A program made the translations under genes and the position numbers. From contig CM119263.1 of assembly GCA_051294375.1 (NCBI GenBank), positions 8,909,162 through 8,973,161 of the forward strand: a DNA stretch of 64,000 nucleotides, written 5' to 3'. The stretch is from Paraspadella gotoi. Taxonomy: Eukaryota > Animalia > Chaetognatha. Under the pieces are notes generated by a model. It did not search any database, was not told where the DNA came from, and worked only from the letters and a program-made list of their open reading frames with translations. Below, piece by piece: positions 1-13,571 of this stretch; within the stretch, counting starts at the first letter, position 1; each line of letters starts with the position of its first letter.

Positions 1-14
1 GGATTAAGGTGTTG

Positions 15-934
15 TTAGAAGAAATATATCCTGGACGCGAAGTGATAAGGATAAACTCTGGAATTGTTTAAAATGTTAACGAACACTTCAACCAGAAGGA
101 GGGCTTGAATGTCTCGATATATGAGCCCATGGACATTGAGTTGGGCGTTGATGAGGACCCTGATGAGAGGAAAAGTAAAGGTCTTTGGCCTCAGAAACGG
201 ACGGGATGACAACAGCACAGTGAGTTGGTTGTCTAAGAACAAATCAACATTCTTTATTAAAAAGTGTTGTGGACCAGGTTGACCTTTGTACTTTATAAAG
301 AGAAGTTAAAAGACTTGAGTGAGGAAGCAATAGAGACACAAAGATTAGACAGAAATAGATGAGGGCTTGTATTGTAGATTTGTCTTATCTCGTTGGTGCC
401 CCAGCAGATAGAGATCAGCCTGAAATTAACACAAAGAGTTTTCAAAAGACGGGGAAGAAAGTTACTAGGGGGAAAGTTGAAGGAGCGGTTGAAACAAGTT
501 TTTGAAAAAGAGCCGTGTGGAAACTGATGGTGGAGGCAGATTTTTTGAAGGACAGAATTATTGTCAAATGTTGAATCGTCTCTTGAATACCATGGTATAA
601 GTGATTTATAACTAAACAGAATTGAATTGAATCTTCGTGAAAAAACGAGAGAAATTTCAAAAAGAAGAAGATGTGAGGCTGGTTGGCAGACAGTGGTGAT
701 CGTTGTTCTGCACCCGAAACGAGTGCGACCTAACTGTTTCTGTGGAGACCCGCATTGCACGAGAGGTGACACCGCGCAGGACAAATGATCGACGCAAAAG
801 CGAGAAAGACAATCGATCAATCCGGGGGGGGCCCGATGAACGCCACGAGCGGGGAGGCCAGATGGAAGCAGCGGGGGCGGGGCGGGGTGCGAGGTGGGCG
901 GAATGGGGAGACGACGCCGGTTGGCCAGCAACAA
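15..934 (-). mobile_element. Possible decayed retrotransposon-like coding fragment
   Basis: Broken minus-strand ORFs (293-934, 15-242) of ordinary protein composition next to a GC-rich block at 700-1500. One frame reads RPTQCPWAHISRHSSPP, loosely like a degenerate LINE ORF1 zinc knuckle. No RT motif seen. Confidence 0.2.
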
Positions 935-2728
935 GATGCGTCAGAACAGGTGGCGAAAAGATACGACGCTGCGCGCGCTGGACAGACGCAGATCGACGCC
1001 GTTTGTCGGGTGTGGCTTTGTTGGCGCTTCGGGCGATGCCGACCTCACGGATCCGACGGGGCGGGAGTTTGGCGCCTCATCAAATTTTGGAGCCAACTGA
1101 GGTTGGGGCTGGGCGCTGGGGGTCCAAAGGCAATGCTGAGAGCCTCGTCAGCGTTAAGCTTCAATGGGCGGGTCCGGTCAAGCGGAAGGCCGAAACTCCA
1201 TGGGGATAAAAAACTCGGGAGTTGCATGCTGAGTGGACGGAAATTGCAGCGGCCTCTACTGCGCACAGGACGAAGAGCAGCGCGCACAGGTGTGGACACC
1301 GCCTCTGCGTATTTAGTGTCCGTTGTGTGAGGTAGCGAGAAGGGGGAGTGTATAAGAAAGAGGTTCGAGGAGGGTTCTGCGCGTAATCTGGCGCTCCTAC
1401 AACGGGTGAAAAGCAATGATGCTTGCCTTTAGCTTCTTCAAGGATTTTAGAAAAGGTTGGATTACTGAGTTTGAACGCGCCAGGAATTCAAACGCTTGCG
1501 CAGATTAATAATGTTTTTCAACACTCCCCGGGGGAAGAATGGCCACTTACAAGTATGTATGACCGATGAACTTATGAGAAATTATGATTTGGTTATGTTG
1601 ATTATGTTACTGAAGTTTTAACCTCTTACACTACCAATTTTCACCGGTTGATCAACACATGGGGGTTTGGAGGTCAGGGAAATTCTAGAATAGCTGCAGG
1701 CAATGAAGACAATACTAAATAGAACAGGATAATAGAAGACAAGTAAAGAAAATGAACCGAAAGCTCGTATCGTTGTTCACTTCCGGATTACTGATCTGAT
1801 TTAATTAGCATCGCATTTTTATTGAATATTTTTTGATGTAAAATATACAAAACTATTTTTAGGCAACCGTTCTTTCTCAACCTGATGGGAGAGAGATCGT
1901 GTTTCGGGGCGAAAATGGTCTTTGTTGCAGAAAAAGGCGGAGGAGAAAAAGAAAAAGTAATCCGTGAGATTAAGAAAAGTAAACAATTACAAGTAATTAA
2001 GAAAAGAAGAATTATAAAAACAAAGGGGAAAAAAGAGATGAAAATAAGAAAGCATGAGCCAAATGTAGGGAAAAAGGAAAGAAAGGGACGGACGGAGAGA
2101 AAGAGAGAGAGAAGGCAAGGCAGATGGGAGATGAGAGAGACGATAAAAATATAGAGAGTGAATCACAGAAAGAGAAAAAAAGCAATTAAATTTTAAAAAA
2201 GACAATATTTAAAAAAACATAAAAGAATCAAAGGAAAGACAGACGTGAGATAAAAGAAAATATTACCCCAAAAAGCAAGGAGCAAAATTACAATATAAAA
2301 AAGAAAGTTACCTTCAATGAAAGAAGTTCGAGACGAATAAAGATTATTGAATTATATGAAAAACAAAGTAGAGTGGAAGAGATAAAGGAGAAAAAACGAT
2401 CTTCCAAAGGTTTTGACTATTTGCAGTTTGCTGCACGGGAAAATCTTTCTCGTTAACGAAAACAACAAGATAGTACTGTTAAGTTTTGTCAAAGTAGTAC
2501 TGGTAGTTTTTTTGTCATTAGGATCGTCTGCTACTATTTGACCCTAAATCAATTCAGTTACTATACAGTCTCTGACGTTTCATTAATCTCTTAAACTCTT
2601 CGGTCCTCTCATTTTCTCTCTTACTCTCTCTCTCTCCTCTCTGCTCGCCTCTCTCCTCTTTTACCAAAGGGGGAAAAATTATGCATAAAAATTGTAAATG
2701 GAAAAGATTTTCATTGCGTAAATGATGA

Positions 2729-2850
2729 ATGCCTAACCAATTCGAGACTAAATGCTAATTGAAAGTTAGCTTTATGCCTATTGGTTTTGTTATTTTGTGC
2801 CCTAAAGCCCCATTGAATAACATTCAGAAAATTCAAATTCCTCTTCCTTG
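2729..2850 (+). repeat. Segment duplicated at 9257-9360
   Basis: tgcctaa..ttcg.agact.aaatg..ttattttgtgcc.taaagccccattgaataa..ttcaaattc occurs in both places with many small indels. The second copy abuts an N-gap. Confidence 0.75.
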
Positions 2851-2888
2851 GTTTTGTCTCCCGCTCGCTCTCCTCTACTTCTCTCTCT

Positions 2889-2951
<63 letters not shown>

Positions 2952-4139
2952 CTCTCTCAGTGACTCCTGTTTTAAACTAATAAATAAAAAAGCACTTCTC
3001 TCCGCTTGCAGAATGAGAGGGTTCAAGACTGACCTATCAATGACGACCTTGACACGGAGGTCTATTTCTCTCTCCTACTCTCTCTCTCTCTTCTCTCTCT
3101 CTCTGCCTTTCCATCTTATTTTCTTCACTTTTCCCCTATCGACACATGAGCGGAAACCTAATTCGTTTGGACCGATTTCGCAACCCAAAGGGTTCAGACA
3201 GTGGAATGATTGCTGAAATCACCCCAGAATTAACCTGATGACTGGAGACAAACCCCATGGCTGGTTTCTCGGGTTTTTGTTTTTTATTCTTATCATATAT
3301 TTAATTTATTATTTATTTCTTGTTTATTTGTTTTTTTTTTCTTTCTTTTCTTTCTTTCCTTTCTTTCTTTCTTCTTCTTCTTTTTTCTTTCTTTCTTTTC
3401 TTCTTCTTTCTTTCTTTCTTTCTTTTTTTTTCTTCTTTTCTTTTTTTCTTTCTTCTCTTTACTTTCTTTCATTGACCATTCTTAAACAAAACAAGAAAGA
3501 AAGAAAAGAAAGAAAGAAAGGAAAGAAAGAAAGAAAGACGAGAGAGGAGAGGTAGAGAGGAGAGAGAGAGAAGCGAGGAAGAGGAGAGAGAGAGAGAGGA
3601 GAGAGAGAAAGGGGAGAAGAGGAGAAGAGAGAGAGAAAGAGAGAGAGAGAGGAGGAGGGAGAGAAGAGACGGAGGAGGAGAGAGAGACGGAGGTGAGAGA
3701 GGAAGAGAGAGAGAGAAGACGAGAGGAGAAAAAGAAAAGAAAGATAGTTGTTGTTTTTGGACTCCGCCCAAAATTCGTCGTGTAAAAAGTTCCGAGAGCC
3801 GAACGTAATGGAGAGCGAGCGGAGGAGAGAGAGAAGAGGATTGCGTTTTAAAAGGTCCACGCGGGGGAAACATTGGCGATGGATATTCGTTTATTTCCGG
3901 GGGAGAGGAGAGAGAGGAGAGAGAAGAGATAGAGAGAGAGAAGATAGAGACGGAGAGAGGAGAGGAGAGTTAATAAAAGAATTTGGCCGTTGTGGTGTTG
4001 GACCTCGCCATCCGTGGGAGTTCCGTGGAGGACGAATGTACGACCACGGGGATTAAGCGTGAAGACGGGACGACGGATCGACGGACGACGACGACCAACG
4101 ATGTGAAGCCTCGACAAAAAGCTTTGTAATGATGATTCT

Positions 4140-4204
4140 TTTAATCAATTTATTATATATATTATTTATTATTATTATTATTATTATATTATTATATTAT
4201 TACC

Positions 4205-4257
<53 letters not shown>

Positions 4258-4335
4258 TTATTATTATTATATTATTATTATTATTATTATTTTATTATTA
4301 TTATTATATTATAATTATCTATTATATTATTTATT
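4140..4335. repeat. (ATT)n microsatellite, followed by a degenerate (GAT)n tract to about 4715
   Basis: Directly visible tandem repeats. Confidence 0.95.
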
Positions 4336-4929
4336 ATGAGGAATTGATGATTCATGGACGGATAGTGATTAATTTTGATGGATTGAGATTGATTGATGAT
4401 ATGTGATGATGATTTGATGATAGATGATGATGAATTTCTGAGATGATGATATAAAGGGAATATGAATTTTTTCTATATAGATTTAGGACAAAGATGGATA
4501 CATGAAATTCACAAAAAAATGGGGTACATTAATTAGGCATTGATTCAAAGCAATTTTATAATGGATTGTAATTATTTGGAATGATGTTGATGATGATCTT
4601 TTGATGATGATGATGGATGATTTGAATTGATGATGATTGGATGCGTGATGAATTGATGGATGTTGATGATTGAATGTTGGACGATGATTGATGATTTATG
4701 GATAATGACTTGTTACTATGACGTTTGATGAAGGATGGACAGAGAGGAAAAAGAGCAATTTCCTAGGGAACGCGTCAATGATGAAGGACGACCAACGAAC
4801 GTCCGCCGCGCGGCGGGCGGCGGCGGCCCCGGCCCCGTCCGCAACGAAAGCTGCTCAGGCGGCAGAAAAGAAAAAATTCTCCGCCTCGAATGCCAAATGA
4901 TCAGACCTGAATTCTCGATATATCTTCGC

Positions 4930-5490
4930 TTTAAAACGCTTTCGCAAGAGCACGAACGAAAAATCGATTAGCCAATGCCTCGGGTAATTACAGGCATTTT
5001 GCTGAAAATTGTCCGAGTGAGATAAAAATAAACTTTTCACGAGTTGGCTGATGATGATGCTTTGGCTATTCTGTACCGATATGACGGTATGTATTGACGT
5101 ATTTGACGGTATTAATTTTTGAAAATCATGGTCAACACATTAAACAGTACCTAGAAATTTAACTTTCAGACGTTATATTCATGTTTAAAATAAAAAAAAA
5201 AAAATAAATACGGGGTTAATCAGGTCAATTCGTTTAGCCTAAATTAACACCAATTAAATACAGTTTAATAATATAACGAACTTAATTTCATTAAAGATTA
5301 TATTGACGCTAAAACAAAACCGACGTACAAACGCGCATGAATATACAAAAAACGTTATGAAATAGGACCAAGCATTAAGATAAAATGGGCATTTTGGAAA
5401 ATATTAACAGAAGGTCTATAACGAGGCGGGGGTCTCAAAAGGAGCGAAGAATTTATCGCCGAGTGTATTACTGGAATTGAAATGTGGAGA
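4930..5490 (+). repeat. Direct duplicate, copy 1 (copy 2 at 6063-6600), on either side of the gap at 5993-6017
   Basis: taaaacgctttcgcaagagc.acgaacgaaaaat..attagccaatgcctcgggtaattacagg... is shared for about 550 bp and differs mostly by single-base indels. Confidence 0.9.
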
Positions 5491-6062
5491 AAATCTGGGG
5501 GGTGGCTGGGCGGGATCGGGTCGGGAGGGGTAAGAGGGGAGGGGAAGGCGGAAGAATGTAATCAAGTAAGAAACGTGTGAAGAGACTGTTAATTATTGTT
5601 AGTGAGGACAGAAAAGCCGTTCTATTATTTTATAAGCAGTCTCTGAGCTTTCGGATCAGGCTTGTAACAATGGTGTTATCACGGGGTGGGGTTTAAGGGC
5701 CCCGTCCCTCTCTAACTCTAGGTGCCCTGCGTAGCTGAACTCCGGACCTTTGGGTTTGGGGAGGGCCGAATGACTTTGCCTCCGACTCCAATGTCCACTG
5801 AGAACGGTTGTGGATTTTTAGTCCACCATACGTGTGGATGTTAAAAAGATTACATATATATTCAGGAATTTAATTTGAGTTTTCATTTTTATTTCATCAG
5901 TCGTTAAGAAAAAAAATGAATCCACCAAGAAATACAGAGAAAGAATAACTGGTGGCTAGTTAAAGAGCAAAAAATAAACCAGTTTCAAGTGANNNNNNNN
6001 NNNNNNNNNNNNNNNNNATATTTTATATATATATTATATATTATTATATTATATTATATTCC

Positions 6063-6600
6063 TTAAAACGCTTTCGCAAGAGCTACGAACGAAAAATGGA
6101 TTAGCCAATGCCTCGGGTAATTACAGGGCATTTTGCTGAAAATTGTCCGAGTGAGATAAAAATAAACTTTCACGAGTTTGGCTGATGATGATGCTTTGAG
6201 TATATTCTGTCCGGTATTGACGGTATGTATTGACGGTATTTGACGGTATTAATTTTTGAAAATCATGGTCAACGATTAAACAGTACCTAGAAATTTAAAC
6301 TTTCAGACGTTGATATTCATGTTTAAAAGTAAAAAAAAAAATAAATACGGGGTTAATCAGGTCAATTCGTTTAGCCTAAATAACACCAATTTAATACAGT
6401 TTATATATAAACGAATTAAATCATTAAAGATTATTGACGCTAAAACAAAACCGACGTACAAAGCGCTATGAATATACAAAAAACGTTTATGATAGATAAA
6501 TTAAGATAAAATGGCATTGAATATACACGAGGCAAACGAGGCGGGGCTCAAAAAGCGCAGATGATTCATCCGAGTGATTTACATTGGAATCTTGAATGTG
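6063..6600 (+). repeat. Direct duplicate, copy 2 of 4930-5490 (probable assembly artefact)
   Basis: Near-identical to 4930-5490 and begins about 45 bp after an N-gap. Confidence 0.9.
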
Positions 6601-7173
6601 GATAATGTGGGGCGGGTTTCATAGGATATTTTGATTTTCCGTAGATTTCCTAATGAGAAGAATGGTCAGCTGGTCAGTATGTACGGAGTTTAATCGGAAA
6701 TAATGGCTATGCGGTGAAAAACGAATAGAATAGCAAGATAGCTTATATCGGATATCGTATGACTTTTATAGAGGGGAGAGTGGCGAGATTAGATTTAAAA
6801 TTACGAATCGATGATAAGAGTTCATAAATACATTAAAGATAGTCCTTGGAAGATTATATAAGGAAATAAAACGAACTAAAGTATCAAGTTGACAGATCAA
6901 ACCTAAGATTATATACATTTTTATCGATTACAAAAGAGAGCTTTTTTACAATTCAGGTAGAAAAGCTGCTGAATGGAAAAGAAAGGACACTCGAGCTGAA
7001 TTTATGGAGAAAGTAAAAAAAAAATTAAATGGTATTAAAAAAGTTTAAAAAAAGGGAAACGGGAGTAGAAAAGGAAAGGTTTTTCAGGAGGCAGGCAGAT
7101 GCGAAAGTTAGAGGAAAATGGAGAGGGAAAATGCGAAGAGAGAGAGAGACAGAGAGGAAAAGGAAAAAGAGAA

Positions 7174-7175
<2 letters not shown>

Positions 7176-7262
<87 letters not shown>
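7176..7262. repeat. (AG)n microsatellite, one of many in the window (e.g. 11270-11330, 21610-21655, 21770-21905, 22350-22420, 33345-33480, 33850-33980)
   Basis: Directly visible. These tracts explain the ERER/SLSL pseudo-ORFs in the track. Confidence 0.97.
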
Positions 7263-7272
<10 letters not shown>

Positions 7273-10200
7273 TGAGAGTGAGAGAAAGAGAAAAAGAAAA
7301 GATAGAGAGAGAGATGAATGAAATCCTTTTCAATCATCTTCTGCTCAGCCACGCAGACTAGACTCTCTTATAAACCAAACCTTTCCTTCCCTTCTCGTCT
7401 TTCTTTTCCTTTTTTTTTTTCAATTTTTCTTATTTTTAGCTTTTTTATACATATTTTTTTTCCCTTTCGACGTTTTATATCTTTCGTTATTTCNNNNNNN
7501 NNNNNNNNNNNNNNNNNNNNNNNNNNNNNNNNNNNNNNNNNNNNNNNNNNNNNNNNNNNNNNNNNNNNNNNNNNNNNNNNNNNNNNNNNNNNNNNNNNNN
7601 NNNNNNNNNNNNNNNNNNNNNNNNNNNNNNNNNNNNNNNNNNNNNNNNNNNNNNNNNNNNNNNNNNNNNNNNNNNNNNNNNNNNNNNNNNNNNNNNNNNN
7701 NNNNNNNNNNNNNNNNNNNNNNNNNNNNNNNNNNNNNNNNNNNNNNNNNNNNNNNNNNNNNNNNNNNNNNNNNNNNNNNNNNNAATCTTCATAACCTCGT
7801 CTCTTTCAATCTTCGTTAATTTCTACGGAAAAAAAAAATCGGATCCCAGTTTCATCCAAATCTATTCCCCATTAAACATTTTTTTTAAAAATTCAATAAA
7901 AAAAACAAAAACAAAAAAAACAATTTTCTCCGGCAAAAATGATTCCTCAATTTTAATTTGATTATATGGTAATAATACGGTTTGTATAATACGTTATGTT
8001 TTGTTTTGCCCTCCAGGATGAGATGTTTTTTTCCTTCTTTTGTGTTTTTCGGAAGTTGATAGAATAGGATAGTAAAAGAGAAAATCNNNNNNNNNNNNNN
8101 NNNNNNNNNNNNNNNNNNNNNNNNNNNNNNNNNNNNNNNNNNNNNNNNNNNNNNNNNNNNNNNNNNNNNNNNNNNNNNNNNNNNNNNNNNNNNNNNNNNN
8201 NNNNNNNNNNNNNNNNNNNNNNNNNNNNNNNNNNNNNNNNNNNNNNNNNNNNNNNNNNNNNNNNNNNNNNNNNNNNNNNNNNNNNNNNNNNNNNNNNNNN
8301 NNNNNNNNNNNNNNNNNNNNNNNNNNNNNNNNNNNNNNNNNNNNNNNNNNNNNNNNNNNNNNNNNNNNNNNNNNNNNNNNNNNNNNNNNNNNNNNNNNNN
8401 NNNNNAAAAAAAAAAAACAATCGAAAAGAAGAAAGGAAAATGGGAGGGCACGTAAATAAAGGGGAAATGCTCTTTTGTCTCGCGACTCGCGGGAGAAAAA
8501 TCGACGCTCGCGCCTCCATTGGATTTTCTTGGGTTTAGATAAGAAAAAAAAACACAAGAAAAAAAAATAGCAAAAGATTTACGGTTGAAAGAAAAAAACC
8601 GGAAGCCAAATCCTTCTTCGTTTTTTTGGGAGGCGAGTTTTTCTCACTTTATCCCCATTTCGAGTTTTTTTTTTTTTGTGGTTTGTTTTCTTTTTTTTCT
8701 TTTTTAAGAATAGGGGGGGGGAAGTAAAGAGTTTTAGTCGAATTCTCTTTGGGAGAGGCTAAAGATTTTGTTAAACGTCTTTTTCATTGGGGGATAAAAT
8801 TTTAAGTTAGTTATTCAGTTTTCTTTTGTCGCTGTCTAAAAATTACGTTCGATGTCAGTTCACAGTAATAATTGAGACAAACGCCAGTTTTTAAATGTTG
8901 GACAAAATGGCTTTCACTGAAATGTTGTCTTTGTAATTACATTAATGAGCTGAAAGTCCATTTTTGTAAATCAATCACGCAAAAAACATAATCAATAAAA
9001 ACGGACAAATAAACGATCTCTCTTCGTCTCTCACATTCTATCTTTTGGTCAGCCTCCACATCGCGAGTGATTGACGTCTGAAATAAATTTTTTTACTTTT
9101 TTTTTGTTTTTTTTCCCCAATTCCCCCAGGCCTTNNNNNNNNNNNNNNNNNNNNNNNNNNNNNNNNNNNNNNNNNNNNNNNNNNNNNNNNNNNNNNNNNN
9201 NNNNNNNNNNNNNNNNNNNNNNNNNNNNNNNNNNNNNNNNNNNNNNNNNNNNNNNNTGCCTAAATTCGTAGACTTAAATGTAATGAAGTAGCTTTTAATG
9301 GCCTATTATTTTTATTTTGTGCCTAAAGCCCCATTGAATAAATTCAAAATTCAAATTCTCTCTCCCTCTCTCTCTCTCTCTCTCTCCTCCAGCATCCCTC
9401 CCTCTCCATCTTCACGACATCAGCTGGACTAAAAGTCTTAATGCCATCGACGTCATTGGCCTCAAAAAAAAATCCTTGATGGTTCCAGACGATTGAGGGC
9501 GAGAATGCAAAACCTTGAAAAACCTTCAAGGTCGAATGAAAAAAAATATTCAATCCGTTGGAATGTTTTATAAACCTCCCCTTATTTTAAAATCTTCCCA
9601 ATTTTATGTTTAAGTTTTCTCTGCCCCTTTCCTAAATTCTAAATGATTCATGGAGCTTTCGTCATCTGCAGTCGGCCGACGAAAAAAAAAAACACTTGTT
9701 CCCAGAATTTTAAAGTGAGAAGACTGAGGTTGACATTCGAAAGAAGGAGAAGAAGTTCGAAAGAGTAAAAAGCAAAATGCGAAAGAGAAGGAAAGAAAAG
9801 GCAACAATGAGAACTAATGAAGAGAGACCATTTCAGTCTTGAGATTAAAGATGGCGTGAAAAAGAGATGCATGACCTCGATGTGGTTAAAGCGTAGAGAT
9901 GGCGATCGGCAATCACTATTCATTTTCTTCAGCCTGCTTCTTTGAATACGAAATTAAAAATAATATACATGAAATATATTTACTTGAGAAAGGTTAACAA
10001 ATTTTTTCCCCCTTATTCTCCCCTAATTTTTATTTAAAAAAAAAAGAAGAAATATGTTGTGAGAAAGAAAAACCTCAGTCACTGCAAAGTTGTTAATTTG
10101 CGGAAAAATATTGGATCTCCCTTTAGGCCCGAGGCGTTGATGACTTCGACGAACGCGACGACGAAGAAAAAAACGTGAAAAACGTCAGCGAAGACGAAAT

Positions 10201-10660
10201 CGATGTTTGACCTCGAGGATCGACGCGAGCGTCACGTGCAACGCGTGCACCGCATGCACCGCGCGCGCAGCTGGCGTGAATCAGGATTGTAAAGCAGAGT
10301 GGAGTCATAAAACAAGCTCCGTCGGGTCAGGCCGTTTCCGAATATAATTGACTCTAATAGTGGAAAGAGAGAGAGAGAGAGAGAGAGAGAGGGTCCGATA
10401 GGGGGAGAATATAGATGGGAGAGTATGAGAGAAGACGAGAGGCGTGAAAAGGGGAATATCCGCCCAAGTGAGACGCGGAACCATTCATAAAATTGTCGGA
10501 CTCAGTCTCGGTCTCAGACTTGGGGAAAGACGAATCAAAGTCACATTTTAGAATCGTCGATCATTTGCCCTTTTTTTCCGAAAGTGACAAACTTCAGCTG
10601 AAATTCATAATTAAGTTGTTTTTTTTTCACGTGAGGTCAAAAAAATTGATTTTTCTCCCC

Positions 10661-10825
10661 TTAAGTTAGGTATTAGGGATTCAGATAAAGGATATGGCTA
10701 AAGTTTTAGTAACAGATTAAGATTAAGGATTGTGGTTTAAACTTAGGGTTATGAATTAAGGGATAAGAACTAAGGATTAGGCTTAAAGCTTAAGTTTAAG
10801 GATTAGGATTAAAGATTAGATTAAA
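10661..10825 (+). repeat. Degenerate TTAGGG/TTAAGG-like tract
   Basis: Repeated units ttaggg, ttaagg, ttagga, ttagat. Confidence 0.65.
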
Positions 10826-11267
10826 TATTTGAAAATAGATTGAGAATAAATTAATTTTACGGAGGGGAAACAGAAATAGAATGAGGATATTTTTTTTTGC
10901 CAACTTAATTTTGGCGACTCGAGAAACGACGAAGTCACTTCAGCATATGTCGTTAGAAATTACGGAGGAGCGAGTTACCGTTTTCGAATGAGTCTCCCGA
11001 CGGCGGAAAAGGGAAACACTGAACTGAGTGACCTTGACGACATCGTTGACGCATCCCTACTGATTAGTGGCTTGAAGAAGATGAAGTCAAAACGTCGAAT
11101 GGCGTTGAGGCTGGAACGATTTAAAACTTAAAACTTCTTTAAAGAAAAAAAAAATTGTTCAAAGGTCGTACAATTGTTAATCGCTTCCAAGAGTTATTTT
11201 TATCATCCAACGTTTTTCGAGTTTATAGAGAAAAGACGAAAGAGAGAGAGAGGAAAGTGAGAGAGAG

Positions 11268-11333
<66 letters not shown>

Positions 11334-12326
11334 AAGAAAGAAAGAAAGAAAGAGAGAAGGGAAAATATGTGGAGCAAAGACAAGCCAGGGAAAGCAATCA
11401 AGCGGAAATGGCGATCTCGATTTCCTCTTTGTGAGCAAGCACAAAAGGGCAGAAGGAGTGAGTTGTTCGACTGATTGGTTCCGTCCTCGTGACGCTCATC
11501 AGTTTTCGCGGCGGAAGGTGGAGAGAAAAAAAAAATCGGAGGCGGGAATAAGTTGGACGCGAGGAAAAGTGAATGTGGATGAATTATGGTTGGGAGATTA
11601 TATCTGGATCGATTAATTCACGATTTAAATGGACGGGCATTATATGAAATAAGTTATTATTAGGAAGCGTTAGCGATGCGAGAGCGAGGGATGTCACCAA
11701 ATATGATTCATCTAAGAACCAAAAAAAGTAGTATACGCAATCTAACGCAACTTTTAGCAACTTTCATCTACTGCTTGCGATTGATTGCCAATCCATGCAT
11801 TTTGATGCCACGAATGCGTCCGTCGATTCTGACCCAAATTTCCAGATCGATTTCCTTCTCTTCGTCTGAATCGAAACCGAATTCGACTTTCGAGATAGAA
11901 TCGTTGGGGAAACGAGAAAAACCAAGGATTCTATCTGGAGATTGTATCCCAAGATTCCATCCTCATCGCAATTGCTCGTGGAGAGAATTAAAATACGCAT
12001 AGTTGTGCGGGAAAATTTGATCTTCTCCATCAATTTTGTAGACAAATTAATAGATGAAGTTAAAAAGGGACTGGTAAAATATTAAATTAAAAATTTAATT
12101 TTAAATATTAGATATTAAACTAATGATCTCCTCATTTTTTACTTAGGAATTTCTCATTTTCTTACTTTTCTTTTCTGTTCCCGAATATCCGCTTATTTTA
12201 TGTTATGAATCATACTCAGACAACAACAACAACAACAAGATGGGGTCATTTCGTCTCTATTTCGACGATGACGAGAGAAAAAGTTTTTTTCACGAGATAA
12301 GATTCATCTTGCTCACAGTCAATGAA

Positions 12327-12357
<31 letters not shown>

Positions 12358-12587
12358 GTCTCTCNNNNNNNNNNNNNNNNNNNNNNNNNNNNNNNNNNNN
12401 NNNNNNNNNNNNNNNNNNNNNNNNNNNNNNNNNNNNNNNNNNNNNNNNNNNNNNNNNNNNNNNNNNNNNNNNNNNNNNNNNNNNNNNNNNNNNNNNNNNN
12501 NNNNNNNNNNNNNNNNCCCCTTTTTAATTGGCCTTTTTCTGCCTCATTTTCCTTAATTTTCTTCTGGTCCTCTTTTTCCCTCCACAG

Positions 12588-12821
12588 ATTCGTCTCCACT
12601 TGCTCAGTCTCCATCGTCGTCGTCAACGTCGTCGTCGTCATCGTCGTCGTCGTCATCGTCTCAGCTGGGGATCGACGATCACGAAAATCACAGAATCTCT
12701 CTGATGACGTCATCATTTAACGATGGCGCCTCATTGAGGGGAGGCGAAGAATTCCTCATTTTTTTTCCAAGTTTTCAAAGTGACCAATTTTTAAGCTTCA
12801 AACCCGGAAATGCCATTAAGG
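12588..12821 (+). CDS. Isolated internal exon (phase 1-1, 234 bp): Ser-rich stretch, then an IPT/TIG-like motif
   Basis: Strong acceptor tttttccctccacag| and donor AAGG|gtatga. Open frame SSPLAQSPSSSST...QLGIDDHENHRISLMTSSFNDGASLRGGEEFLIFFPSFQSDQFLSFKPGNAIKG. Confidence 0.4.
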
Positions 12822-12939
12822 GTATGAAAAAGCAGGGGACCGATGACCAATGATTTTCAAGAAGCCTTAGACCACTGACCGAGGCTCAACATTGGGTCGG
12901 ACACTTTATCTTACTCTTTCTCACATCTGCGAAATCCTC

Positions 12940-12995
<56 letters not shown>

Positions 12996-13412
12996 ATTCT
13001 ATCTCCGTTTGATCTTTCAGGTCTGTCTCTTTCATAAAATATTCTTCTTTTCTAATTTTCTTTCTTTCTTTTCGACTCTCTATTACTCTGATTTATTACT
13101 GTACCACATGTCGGTTGACTATCGAACCTTTGTTGTGTTCTACCTTCACTGTCTTATTTATGTTTTTATATTTTTTAACTTTTTGGCCACAATATTTCTC
13201 AATGTCATTGGTCAGTTTAATTAAAAGAAAAAAGCCAAATTATTTTCTTCTTTTACGGATTAAATAATTATACAACGCTCATTTATATGCATATGAAAAG
13301 CACCGAAGGTTGCGGATTATCTTCCAATGAACGATATAATAACATGTTAGTTCCTTAAAAACGAATTAATATCCTGAGTTTGTACAGAGTCGGGTTGAAT
13401 CCACTGACAAAA

Positions 13413-13571
<159 letters not shown>

